From Ptychomitrium polyphyllum (taxonomy: Eukaryota): a stretch of 64,000 bases of DNA. The notes under the pieces are model-generated. The model saw only the letters and a program-made list of their open reading frames with translations, was not told the origin of the DNA and did not search any database. Below, one piece after another: positions 51,601 through 64,000 of this stretch (positions within the stretch are counted from its first letter, which is position 1; each line of letters begins with the position of its first letter). The position numbers and the translations under genes are program-made. The DNA lies in the NCBI GenBank assembly GCA_973851085.1, contig OZ316776.1, positions 6,324,001 through 6,388,000 of the forward strand. The letters are read 5' to 3'.

Positions 51601-54600
51601 GACGCAAACAACGACGTCGTTCTTAAGTGGCCACGTGCACATGACGGCCATTGCTGGAGTGCCAAACTTCATTGAGAGTCGAGACATGAGAAGGCTCGAT
51701 TGTTGATGGTTAATCATGAAGGGCAATGAGGTGGTAGTAAGGACGACGTGTCAAGTAGGAGGCGGCAAATGTTCCCAGACGTGCAAATTGGTTGTCGGAA
51801 CAGTGGTAAATTCGTGTGGAACCTGCTCTAGCCTTTCACCGAACACTGTAACTCAAAAGTAGCAAACATCATGGAGATGCAAGGAGTCAAAATTAGTCAT
51901 TCGACTACGAGGTTACATCGTGTTTAATTCTTCTTCATAGTAGTAACCAACCTGCAACTCGATCAGGATTTACGCATGTCAACGGTACACCTCACTTCAA
52001 GAGCTACGATCATTCTTCAGCAGTCACTTTGTGCACACGAATTGTTTCAAACGCGAAGTTAGGGGAAGGTATTAAAAATGTATTCGTTATTTCTTATTTA
52101 CCGGCCGCATATCGATAGATCACTTGACCAAGACATTGAATGTTATTTGATGGAAAGAGAGATTATGAAATATTATAAGACGCCATCCAAGAGTAAGTTT
52201 CAACCAGTCGATTAACTCGTGTAGTACTACTGTTGGGTCATTCGGTGCACAAAGCAGCATGCTGAGATGAGAGAAATTTTTTACGATTAAAACCTTAGCT
52301 TCATCAACGGTCGAACCAACAAGGCCTAGTTGCTAGCTGATAACAGCAGCAACGACTGTAATGAGGAAATCTGCACATATTCAACTCATTAATCGTTGAA
52401 ACGAAGCTCAAATTAATCTTTCGAGCTGCCCACAATTGATTATTGTGATCGTTTCCTGAATCAATGTCCTGTCGGTACGGGTTCGTGATACGTGAATGAA
52501 CCGACATCAGATCTACGTACACTCGGCACTGGAGAAGCTTCAGGTTGAAAAGAAAAGAAAATTAAAACACGTCCTCGCGTTTCTAGCAGTGAAATCAGTA
52601 CTTTCATAATTCGCGTCCAATTTAAAAAGAAAAAATACATCCTCAGTTCTGCGCCCTGCGGACAGCTACGAGACAACGGACATGTTTATAGAACTGAGAA
52701 GTGACATGTACTGTGTGGATCCAACAAATAAGTAGTAGATAGATGGTTTTGTAAGTTGAATTTTTCACTTGGGCCTACAGAAATCCAAATTTACATCGAT
52801 AAATTAGTTATTTAATGTCGAGAGATGTACTGCTATCCTGATTCAACTGAACACTTTAGAGCAGAGATCTTACAAAGTTGCAGTACAGTCAGCACGTACA
52901 CGTTGATCATTCTGCTGAATCCAGGTTCGTTTGATGAGTGATTACAATATATTAACAGCTCCTCAACTATGGCATAAGAACTTGCATAGTTGTGTATTTC
53001 AATGATTCAAACGTTCGAGTTCGAACAAGTTAATCCAGAGAGGACGGAGGCAGACGAGCGGAGAAGGAGGCAGATTCAGAGGAGTGTTCCCGCATTCCAA
53101 TTCTGGACGCATAGAATAGGCTTCGAAACCACAATCAGGGACACCATAGCTGAAGGCATGATAATCATGTGGTCAAATTTAAACGATTTACTGATCAGGC
53201 TGCGCTCTTGTGAATATTGTACTGGCAGCCTAGGTGGCTTATAACGTTTACGCTTCGCAACAAAAAATTTGTTGCTCATTATCTGACGTGCTCACAATCA
53301 ACTGCTCTGTATACGAGTTAAGTGTATTTCCATTATTTGTAGTGAATTAGGTACATCAAAATACCAATTCCATACAGCAACTGTACATCGACATGTATGA
53401 GTAACGACGTCGTTGGAAGTATTAACAGGCCGCCATAAAAGGAATGGTATTATGGCTACGACAAAATTGATCATGAACTAATGAAAAACAGAAACGCAGT
53501 CAGAAGATGGCAAAAACTTTGCTGCATGTCTCATCTAAAATACATGCAACTAATTTGAGATCTCAAGAAATGAGTTTCCACTGAAAGACGAAGAGAATGA
53601 GATATTTTTAAGCAGTTTGACAAAGAGGGTTGCTACGTATTGTAAAATTATTCGAACGTTCTTCCACATATCTAGGGCAGGACTTATAAGTTTTCAGTAC
53701 ATGATGTGATTATCTGAAGTGGTATGGCCTAGTATAAGAAGCTGCATATTAAAATATCAACAACGGGACGCCTTCTACTCTCCCAGCTTCTCTCTACTCA
53801 CTTCTTTCCTTCACTGTCCAAAGAAAGGCTGAAATACCTGCTCCATTAGTACCGCTTTAACGTGAGAAGTTGAAAACAGGCAAGCAGAATCTCTGTGACC
53901 GACACAATGGAACTCTACCTTTGACTTCGAATCAGGCAGCTCTATTAGTGATCCTCCTAACTGTATTCATGACACACTTGGCACAAGCATACGATGTAGA
54001 AGCTTAGGGGGGCTGGCGACTTCACATTGTTCACAACAACCTGAAAATTACTAATGTTTGAAAACCTGGATCAATTCAGCTAAATGCAAAAGTTTATCCA
54101 TAGTAGGTGCTAGCGTTCGATACATACAATATAATACAGAATCACCGGTAAAACATTCACCATATTGCGCAAGCTACAAAAAAAACAGTATGCATCACAT
54201 CTTCGCGTACTCAGGCTGTCTCATTTTTTTAAACTTCCTACACAGTAACTTGTCAACAACCACAATGAACTCACAAATTGGAATTCAAGAGTAAAGCAGT
54301 AGGTACCTAGTATGAGAATTTGAAACAGCTACCATCACTTCGGATTCCCTACCAATGAACAGCCAAGGCATTCTGTAAAGGCCAAGCCATCAAAGGCTCA
54401 CGTATTCTAACGCTTTGAATCCGAAATTGAGGTAAAAACAAGCTATCCACAACCTAGAAGAGCCATTAATAATCGCACAAATGAAGTACAGTATTCCATA
54501 AAACACTTATTGAACTGTGAACGAGAAAACTAACTAGCACTGCCTGATATTGTGCAAATGAAGTTTTATCTCTCTATTCAATAGTAGTTCAAATCTACAG

Positions 54601-55168
54601 AAGAAAAGACACGAGCGGGAGACCACACCACACCCACATGTAAAATCTTCAACTGTGAGAGAACTGAACTAGATTAATAAACTCTCATCATATTAAGTTG
54701 TAGTACTGGGTTAAGATACTGTGCACTGAGAACTGAGACGGAGATTAAAGTAGTCTGAGATGGAGAAAAATGGTTGTGTGCCCACGGACTAGAGTTGAGT
54801 TTGGTTGCTGCTAAAGTTTGTCATTTACTGCGAAGAAAGGGCAAGAGAAACAACCGTGCCTACAAAAATTGGCTTCGACAAAAAAAACTCAGACAACGTA
54901 AGCCACCTAATTGAACTATTGATCAGTGCCTGGACCTGACCTCCCATGCCAGCAGAAACTTGAATAGAACTCAGGCTAATAAGAGAGAAAAGATGTGATT
55001 AATGTCTCGCAGTAAGTGGCTGCAATATCTATCGACCTAGCTTAACCCTGATCCATAAGCAGTCATAGTGATGGTTGTTTCACTGATCATCTCAAGGGAA
55101 GGGTCAGAAAAGAGTGCCTCTCGAGAGAGAAATCGTTGTGATTGATTGCTTGCAGTAGATAACAGTCC

Positions 55169-56083
55169 TCATGAGTAATGGGGGGGTCGCTGCTGGTGAC
55201 CGTGGCCCGAGTGGGGGTGATGAGGATGGCTGCTGCCGCCACCGCCTTGCTGCTGCTGATGCCATTGGCTGAGCACGTCCTGCGTGGACAATTGCTGCGG
55301 TTGGTTGGGCCCAAGGTTGGGGTTCTGAGGCGTGACAATGCTGTAGAGCGATTGCAGGCCCGCGGGGAAATTCAGCTCCGGTGCCTGAATGGCCAGCGGC
55401 GGCTGCTGCTGCTGCTGCTGAGAGGAACTCCCTCCACCAGGACCGCCCATGGTGAGGGGGCCGCCTTCGTCATCGTTGTCAAGAGGGAGGCGTTCGTAGG
55501 TGGGGCCGACGAAGGAGGCCGCGATCACGAGCACGGGTCCGGCAGCCATGAGGGTCCCCACGACGCTACCGCCGAGGACCTGCCCCGCGGTGCCCGCGAG
55601 CGAGACAGTGAGACCCGTAGTAGGCGCGTTGGACGGGGGCGGCAGAAATGCACCAGAAAGAGATATGATCTCGAAGCGCCCATGGAACGTGACTGTCGCG
55701 CCTGGCGTGGTGGGCTGGCGCAGCGTGACATTCGAAACGGTACCGCTGGCGCCCATCACACACACCCCGCGCTGGCGGCGCCGTGAGAACGACGCCACGG
55801 AGTCACCCACGTCGCACCCTCCCGCGACCTCGAGGATGTGCGGGCGCATGGCGTTCCCATTCTCTCGCGTGATGATGACCGGTGGCTTGGGCTTGTTCTT
55901 CGATCCGGGCGGCCTCCCTCGGGGCTTCCGCTCCGGCTCCAGTATGGATAATTCTCGCCCCACTCCCGACGCCCCCGCTGCCTGCTTCCCAGCTCGCTTC
56001 CTCCCCCGCCCGCTGCTTCCACTCTGCTCGTCGTCAGAAGGGGCGCCGGAGGGCCGTGCTCCCACTTCTTCCACTCCAGCCAT
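55169..56083 (-). CDS. AT-hook motif nuclear-localized protein (AHL, clade A type), intronless, 304 aa, paralog of 8167-9003
   Basis: [36 protein letters not shown]; shares C-terminal LQSLY/QDVLSQW with the paralog. ATG at 56083. Confidence 0.94.
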   Translation of the reverse strand: MAGVEEVGARPSGAPSDDEQSGSSGRGRKRAGKQAAGASGVGRELSILEPERKPRGRPPGSKNKPKPPVIITRENGNAMRPHILEVAGGCDVGDSVASFSRRRQRGVCVMGASGTVSNVTLRQPTTPGATVTFHGRFEIISLSGAFLPPPSNAPTTGLTVSLAGTAGQVLGGSVVGTLMAAGPVLVIAASFVGPTYERLPLDNDDEGGPLTMGGPGGGSSSQQQQQQPPLAIQAPELNFPAGLQSLYSIVTPQNPNLGPNQPQQLSTQDVLSQWHQQQQGGGGSSHPHHPHSGHGHQQRPPHYS

Positions 56084-57699
56084 GTACACATCCCCTACAC
56101 CCTCCTCCCTCTCCCAAACTCATCCCCCCACTCTCCCCTCAACACCCCTCACACACCTCTACAATCCTGTCCTCCTTCGTGCTCGATCCTCAACCTACAT
56201 CCCCTACTTCCCTAATTGCTCCCCCAGCAATCTCTCCCATCCCGCTCATCCTCCCTCCAATTCTCCAACCCCTGCACACAACGTTACCGCACGCTCCAAC
56301 CTGAGCGAACCTGAGCAAAGAACTTCACAGAAACCCTGAATGATCACTGAAACTATAACCTTTACAGAACTATCACCACAGCGTCGTATCTGAAATCAAT
56401 ATCAACTTAGTGTAGACCCGAGATGGTTGTGTGATGGATTCGACTGTAGTGGTGGTGCAGTGATGGTAGTGGTGGTGCAGTGATGGTGGTGGTGGTAGTG
56501 GTCACTTGGCGTGAGCGTGGGCACTAGGTGGGTATCAGGGTGTGTGCGCTGAGTGTTTGGGTCGGACCAGGAAGGGAGTGGGTTCCTTATACAAAGCTGG
56601 GTTTCGTCGTTGGGTGGAGCTGAAGGCTAAGTTAGCAACGAGACAGTGCTAGCTGACCATCCATTCAAATCTCCATTAAAATACTCATCTAGTGACGTCT
56701 AGTGACCGTAGGATCGCCAGACGTTGCCGTATGCTGTCGGAGAGACGGGAAAGGAAGGAAGAATGGGCGGGCGCTCGTGATGGCTGCATCGGCCTGGCTC
56801 GCGCTCCACCTTGCCGGGTTGGGTTTAGCTGAGGGGTTCGTGTTGTTGCGTCAATAATTATTATTATTTTCTAGTTTCTCACACTTCATGAGGTGAGTCC
56901 CCAGTCAAATCACCCAACAGTTAGGACAGGTCACAGCTACGACTCTGCCCTGCTTGACACTCCTCTGCCTTGGAAACTAGGCTAGGCTACGCCACCTGTA
57001 GGCTAGGGCACCAGGGCGTCTTAGGGGCCCTAGATTCTAGGATTGAGATTAGAGGTTATCAAATTGATTTTTATCTGGGAAGGTGAGGGTCATTTTATTT
57101 TATTTTTACTTTTGTGGCCGAGAGGAAAGCTGGTGAGGTTAATTGGGAGAGTGATATTCTATAGTATTGGAGGAGTAGGAGTAAGGAATACAAAAGTTGG
57201 GTGCAGTCATATTCACCACTGCTGGGCAGTATTTTAATATTTGGAGGAGATGTGTAGGTTAGGTAGGAGTTTCACACACAGGACAGTGAGTCCCCCTGCT
57301 TGATGTGGCTGCTTGGGGAGAATCTCCGTGTGAGAGTTATGGTAAGAATTGTCGTTGGTGTGAGTGGTATGTTGAATTTTGATCTGGCCTGCGCCCAGTG
57401 GTGGGCGCAGGAGAGAGCCCAACTCTGGATGGGCTGTGAAAGGTTGTGTACTGCCTCCCAGATGCTTGTAGGGTGGTTTGCTAGTGGACAGTGGGGAGAT
57501 ATGTGTATGTTTAATGTTTGGCTTTATCCTTTCAGAAGGCAGGGTTTTTGGGATAAGTTGGACGGCCGCTCTATGCTGTGCATGTAAGTATTCATCAAGA
57601 GATTATGCTGATTTTGTGTCAACTAACATCATGACTCATCCATTATGAAACATCAAGGAGATTTGCTATGTAATTTACATGGATCATATTTGTGATTGG

Positions 57700-60600
57700 A
57701 AATAGAGATGAGACTAAAATCCATATCTTGTAAGTAAGCATTCACTGCAACATTATCACTTTCCAAATGAATTACTCAATGTCATTTTATTTTTTCAAGC
57801 AGTACAATAGACTTTTAACTTTCTTGTGCAAGGTAAAACAGTACACAGTAAACATGGGCTTGGCTCAATGCAACACAGTATGACAATTTTGCTGTAACAA
57901 ATCACAATGAGCACTTCTGGTAATTTGATGTTGTTGATTTTTGACTGAAGAGTGATCATGAAAACCGTTGCATGCCACATGTTAACATATTTTTTTAAAT
58001 GATAAAATATGGGACTTTATGTTAATACAGAGAGATCTCAGCTTAGAATAACTTTTCAAAACCAGAAATGGTCCTTTTTACTTACTGAAAGTGTGCATTT
58101 GACTTTTTAACAGGGAATATCACTTGTTGTATCCTTGTCATACTTGTATATTAAGTTTCTTACAAGTATAAAAGTTGACATGTCATTACGAAAGTGTGAC
58201 AAATATATTGAACTTTTTTGTGTTTATATTTTTCACTCCAAAACTGATTGAGCACAAATGAAAATTGGTTTCCCTTTGGAAGAAAGCAACTAGTACAAGT
58301 TCAGGTTAGTTGTTTTTCTATTTTCAAAACACAAATTAAAAGTTCACATATTTTGGTGTGCACGAAAAATTTAACTTCAAATATTAATTTACTTCTAGAA
58401 TAACATATTCATGATTGTTGTTAAAATGAATGAGAAGTGTTAGAGTTGAATTAGTTTTAATGAATCCTTTTCATCTTTCACAATACATAAGGAACTTTCA
58501 ATGTAATAGCTGATTCTATCATACTTAATTTTTTAAGGACTAAAGTGCAATTGACAAATTTGAGATGAATTATAATATATGATTTCTACAATTTAAATAT
58601 TAAAAAATTCAAAAGAAAAATTGTAGCATTTATAACTATAATTAATTTAAATAGCCAAAACCTCTCAAATTAAATTTCACCTTCATTAATTTTTTGTAAT
58701 TTATCTTTATCAAAAATATATTTCTATATGATGAATGTCTTTGTTATTGATTAAATAATATTTTGTATTTTTTGATCCTCCAAGTATATGAAGTACAATC
58801 AAAGTATGATTAGTTTTTTTAAACAATATGTCTCTTAATACTACAAGAATGTGAATTTTTTGTATATATTGTATACTACAAAAGGTTGATCATAGTGAAT
58901 TTCTTTTGAAAAAGTTAGAATTAAAAAGTATCTAATTTAATGAAATTTAAAAAAATTCAAACTAAAAAATAAATCTCCAAAAAGTCATTGAAAATAGTGA
59001 TGCAATTTGAAACGGGTTGCAAAGAACTTTACAGTTAACCAAATTAAATATATTTTATCAAAATATTTATGATATTTTTCATTATGTCATTTACTTTAAA
59101 AACATTCAAATAAAAACGAACTTTTTTATACACTTGCAATAATGTGCATAACCATGTGAATTTGACCGTCTAAATAATAAAAGGTTTAAATGTACATAAT
59201 TAAAAAATTCATTGTTTATCAATGAATAGATTCAAGATCCTTTTCATTTGCAATAATACTATATTGTACAAAAGTAACATAGCTTATGTTCCACCTTCAA
59301 ATACTGCAATCAATAGCCTATACCTTAATGTCAACACTATTACATCTATTAAATAATTTTTATGACTTTAGTGGTTGAAAGAAATCAATAAATATTTATT
59401 TCTTTATGAAATTCACATATTTGTATTCCATTCATTTTAAAACTAATTAGCCACCAAAGAATGCTTAAATAGCCAAGTAACACATCATCACCCTTTAATT
59501 AAAGAATTTAACATAAGTTGTCTCAAGATAAGAAATAAAACGTGGTTTATTACGAAAAATTTTATTTTCAATAAACAATCATATTTATTTTTTATTTGCA
59601 AGTATGAATAAGTGATGAAAAACACATTAATTACTTATAAAAAGTTGATCAAATTCTATTAGAACCATATAATCTCTCTAAATCACTTTTGAACTTATTG
59701 AAACTTTGGTATTATTATAAAACTACTACTTCTTTACAAAGACTTTTTAGCATCACTGTAAAGAATACCAAACCACATCTTCCTTCCAATTTCTCTCTTC
59801 AATACTTATTTAATTTATTGTGTAATATAATATCTAGTTTTTTCTCATCCTACAAAATTGACTTATGTGCTATATATATAGATATAGAATAAATGTAAAT
59901 ATAGACACTAAATTCACTAAAAAGGAACTAAATTCTTCTTTTCATAAGTTTTACAAGTTTGAACAAATAAATATTCTCATAATATATAGGATATAAAGTT
60001 TAAGTAAAAATTTGTGCAAAATCACCGAATCGATTTCCCACATAAATTTTATATCATGGACTAGATTTTCATTTGATCCTCCTCTAAATACCACTCATTT
60101 CTATCAATTCTAACAAATCCCTGGATAGGCAGTACTGGAAATTAGATGCTAGTACATTCACCTTCTTTTGAAGTTTTCTGAAGTACAATTATTTGAGGTT
60201 GAGGCATACAGCAAAGCAGGATTTTAACTAACCAAACAGAGTCATGATTCAATGAAAAATATTTGGCATTTTGGCCTTGAAGGAATTTTGTCTTATGGCA
60301 GGAGTAGACTGGCAAACATAAATACTTACAGAATGACAAAATGACAGCCCTCTTGCACATGAGTTGTACATGGGTAAACCTGTTTTGCACTCCAACTTAC
60401 TGCATTCAATGTGTTTCTGTGACCTGCTATTTGCAATCAAACACTTTAACCCTCAAAGGTTCAACTTGCTAGTTGATGGAACCCCAATTTTTGATAAAAT
60501 GTCTCAAATACCATATTCATATACCATATTCACATAGTAGCTTCCCACTAAGTAATACTAAAAAAATTTGGGAAATTATTATATTTGGAATGTTCTGCCA

Positions 60601-63600
60601 TGGATGAAAACAGATTTTGAAGATATTCATTTTGACAAATATAAGGAAATATTAAACATTTGTTAAAGAAGTGATAAATCTTCAATGTAACTACATCACA
60701 AATGACGTTTGAATTTATGAGATATTCTATGAGTTTTTAATCCAAAGGATTGATGAAAGGAATCAAACTTCCAAAGAGTGCAAGAAGGTACACATTTGGA
60801 TGAATGAAATAAGACAAATGTGTATGATTGAAACTTTTGGAGTTGTGAGAAGATTGGGTGGAGGGCTGCCCCTTTGTAACTACAGTGGTCTGCAGTATCA
60901 TGTTGAATAATGAGTCTCAGCACCAGGTTTGATTCAAACTCTGACTAGGCAGTAATTTGAGCACACATAATGGCAGCATCCACCCTCCATTAAGTTAGAG
61001 CCTTCTGATTGTTATGGTGCAAATGATGTGCACAGAAATGGGTCATGCCACCATCTCCAGTCATATGATAGGTTTTTCCCTTTTGTCCTCTTTCTCTGTG
61101 TAATGCTTACCTATGCATAATTATGCATTGTTATGCATAATTAAATCAGACTCTACAATACTATGAAAATCATCCAAGATTGGCAAAGGGAAAATATCAA
61201 TCACTCCCCTAGGAACAAGCATTGAGTGGGGTCCATGATTGACATCTGGTATTGGAGGATATTGGCTCCATATTTGACAAGTGGGTTTTGCAATGCTGTT
61301 TTTTCTATGTTAACATAAATTTAAAATGATAAAAAATTCCTAATCAAGATTATGAAAGATTCAAAAACAACTTTTTCTCTTTGCATTATGCAATGAATAG
61401 TGCTATGGAAGGTGCAGTGATTGATTAAGAAAAATACTTTAAAGTCCTAAAAGAATATCTTAATTAATCTTCAAATTTTGGCTTATTTTCTTTTTCAATT
61501 GATTTTGTTTGATTTTATTAATTTTTGTTCCTTTTTTTTCATTCTTTCTTTCTTTTCTTTTCTTTCTTTTTCCTTTCCTTCATATTTTCCAAATTAACTC
61601 ACTCACTGGAAAGAGCCAAATGACTTATATATATCATCCTTCAAAAATAGATGAATAAATGGCTTCAAAAATGTTGGCACAGCTTTAGTTAATATTAGAT
61701 AGTAATACTAAAGTCCATTTAGCGATAAGTCTTAGGATAAGTTTAATTGACTTTTTATTAGAAATATAATAAATGGAAATAATGAAATGGTGCTAGAAAG
61801 TTTTCATAAATTCTAGTAGTTAAGGAAGTTGTGGCCAAAGGTAAAAATATTCTTGATTCATTTATTAACCTTGAGTTATGTGATGTAAGAAGTAGTAGTA
61901 GAATTGACGTAGAGTTATGTAGTTATTATAGAGGTATGGAGTGATAAATATGGAGTGTATAATCTTGAATACAATATGTTTTTCTTATATAAAGGGTGAG
62001 AGCTATTTTGTGTTACCAAAGAGTTGAAGGTACGTGGTGATTGATGTTGGCATATATTCTTCATCAATGCGCACCTTGACATACACATGGATAAGACTTA
62101 CAACAAGGAATTTTGAAAAAAAGTTAGAGAAGGTTGTATCATATAATGTACTAGATAAATCCTGTAGGAGGTTATACTTTTGTTCCATAGGGCTCTGTCC
62201 AATAATGATGATGGTTCCCACTGAAAGGTTTTTGTGAGCATACTAAGTGACAAATTATCTACCATGAACTTGTGAGTGAAAGTAATGCATATGATGCTTA
62301 GCAGATGTATTTGTAGGAACCAATCTCTTACATCCAGAATCATTGTTACAAGAAATATTAGGGCCACAAATTGGCCAAAAAGAAAGTGTGTCCATCTGCG
62401 GAGATTTTGTTTTACCATTCCTGTATTACACAGACTCTTGGCACCAGAATTCTTAGCATGACACCTCATGAATACTGTAACATACTACAGAGGTACCACC
62501 TTGGAGCTCTCCTCTAACAGCCCAGATGACAAAGACGAGCTTTCACTAAATGCTCTCAATAAAGACCTCCAATTCTTGGTGGATTTCCTTGGCACATGAA
62601 GATGAAGAACACTAACACTTTACCATGTACCTGAGTTCCATGGTCCTTACCACATTATAGTTATTTGCTAATGAAAACGCAAAAAGGAAAGTTTTACAAA
62701 ACACAACTCGAAATGTGTTTCTACCATAAAAAGGAGCAAAAATGGGATTAAGGCTGTGCATCAATGAAGAGCCTCAATTGTATTGAACATTGTTAGTAGG
62801 CCTTGAACTTTGAACCTTCCTAAAGTAAATTAAGTTTTTCCAAGCCAACTTCTTAGTTTCCACTAGGTGCCCAAAGTTTATAAAGTTGCTCTTTCAAATT
62901 AAAATTTCTATATTGCTTGTATAATAAAAGCAAGAGTGCAAGGATTTTTTTTTAATAAGTAACTATATTTTCCTTTCATTAATTAGTCACATACAATGAA
63001 TTTTCTTGGCAAATAGTCCACTACTTACAAAAATTGGTTTTTTGAAATGCTATAACTTTTTGTACATGGCAAAGATTTAAAACAAAAATGAACATGTTAG
63101 ATCTCTAATATGAATACATAACATTCTTTAGCAATTGAAGTAGATCACTTATAAATTATCAACATTCACAATTATAATTTTTAAGCAATTGAACATGATT
63201 ACTATCCAGAAAATACCCAAAAAAATTATTGGCTCATATCCACAAAAAAAATAGTAAAAATTCAAAAAACTAACGTATATTAGAATGTAATTTGGTAATT
63301 TTAGTGATTCATGCCCCTTAATTCCAAGTGACACACAAACTTTCTAAAGAATGTTAAGAGTTCCATTATATTTTCTTAATTAAAAAAATTATTATACAAA
63401 TAAACTTAGCTCTAAGTAAAAGTCAATAAGGATAGCAAAAGTCTTATCTTTTGTTTTTGGTATTCTTTATGGAGGTTATTCCTAAGTTCGTGTCCTTCCC
63501 TCTTATAGATGAGATTTTGTACAAAAGTAACAAGAATAATCTCCTTGATATTGTTAAACCAAAAAAATAATTTATCCACAAAGCATAATTTTATTCTGAC

Positions 63601-64000
63601 ATGAATCAAAATTTTCTAATCCTATTAATCATGGTGCAAAAGAATTAGCACCTCTTATCACATTTTCAAGCATAGAAGTTAAAGAATTTTTTATTTTATT
63701 CCATTCTTTATTCCATCCTATTTTAAGAAAAAAACTATTGGTGTTGACCATTTAGATTGATCTTTTGTAAAAAAATCAAATTCACAAAAGAACTAAAATT
63801 TAATTAGCAATGTTTTTGAACTTTTTTTAATTGCAATTCTTTTGAAAATGCTATACTCTTCTAACTCATTCAAAATTTAGTAATTAAGCAATCAACATGG
63901 TCTTTTTATAATAAATTATTTAAAAACTTGTGTAGTTAAAAAATTTGACATCATAAGGAAATAAAGTTTATTGTACATATTTAAGAAGGTAAAAAAGATG
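57700..64000. other. AT-rich, probably TE-derived decayed DNA (similar tracts at about 1.0-3.3, 13.5-14.9, 32.2-33.6 and 45.8-47.3 kb)
   Basis: Very low GC, CpG-poor, only fragmentary frames; no family could be assigned. Confidence 0.35.

Overview
Eukaryotic (land plant, probably moss-like) genomic DNA. Host genes are the first exon of a GPI mannosyltransferase 2 (PIG-V-like) gene at the left edge (minus strand) and two intronless paralogous AT-hook/PPC(DUF296) AHL genes (8167-9003 and 55169-56083, minus). A degenerate spliced plus-strand gene of unknown function occurs twice, so the window looks like an old tandem duplication of a [unknown gene -> <- AHL] unit. The second copy of the unknown gene is split by about 34 kb of nested, decayed Ty3/gypsy chromoviruses (about 13.5-47.35 kb): two Tcn1-like family A elements, a truncated relative (C), one Galadriel-like family B element, and several solo LTRs, most with readable 5-bp TSDs. 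Main points of interest: a Tf1-type self-priming PBS in families A and C that keeps complementarity with different sequences; a -1 frameshift signal at the gag/pol junction; an apparent extra sense ORF (~199 codons) overlapping the pol stop (TGATG) in family A; near-identical patches between otherwise diverged TE copies; and an out-of-frame upstream ATG exactly 8 nt before the start of both AHL paralogs. All alignments and family calls were made by eye without database searches.
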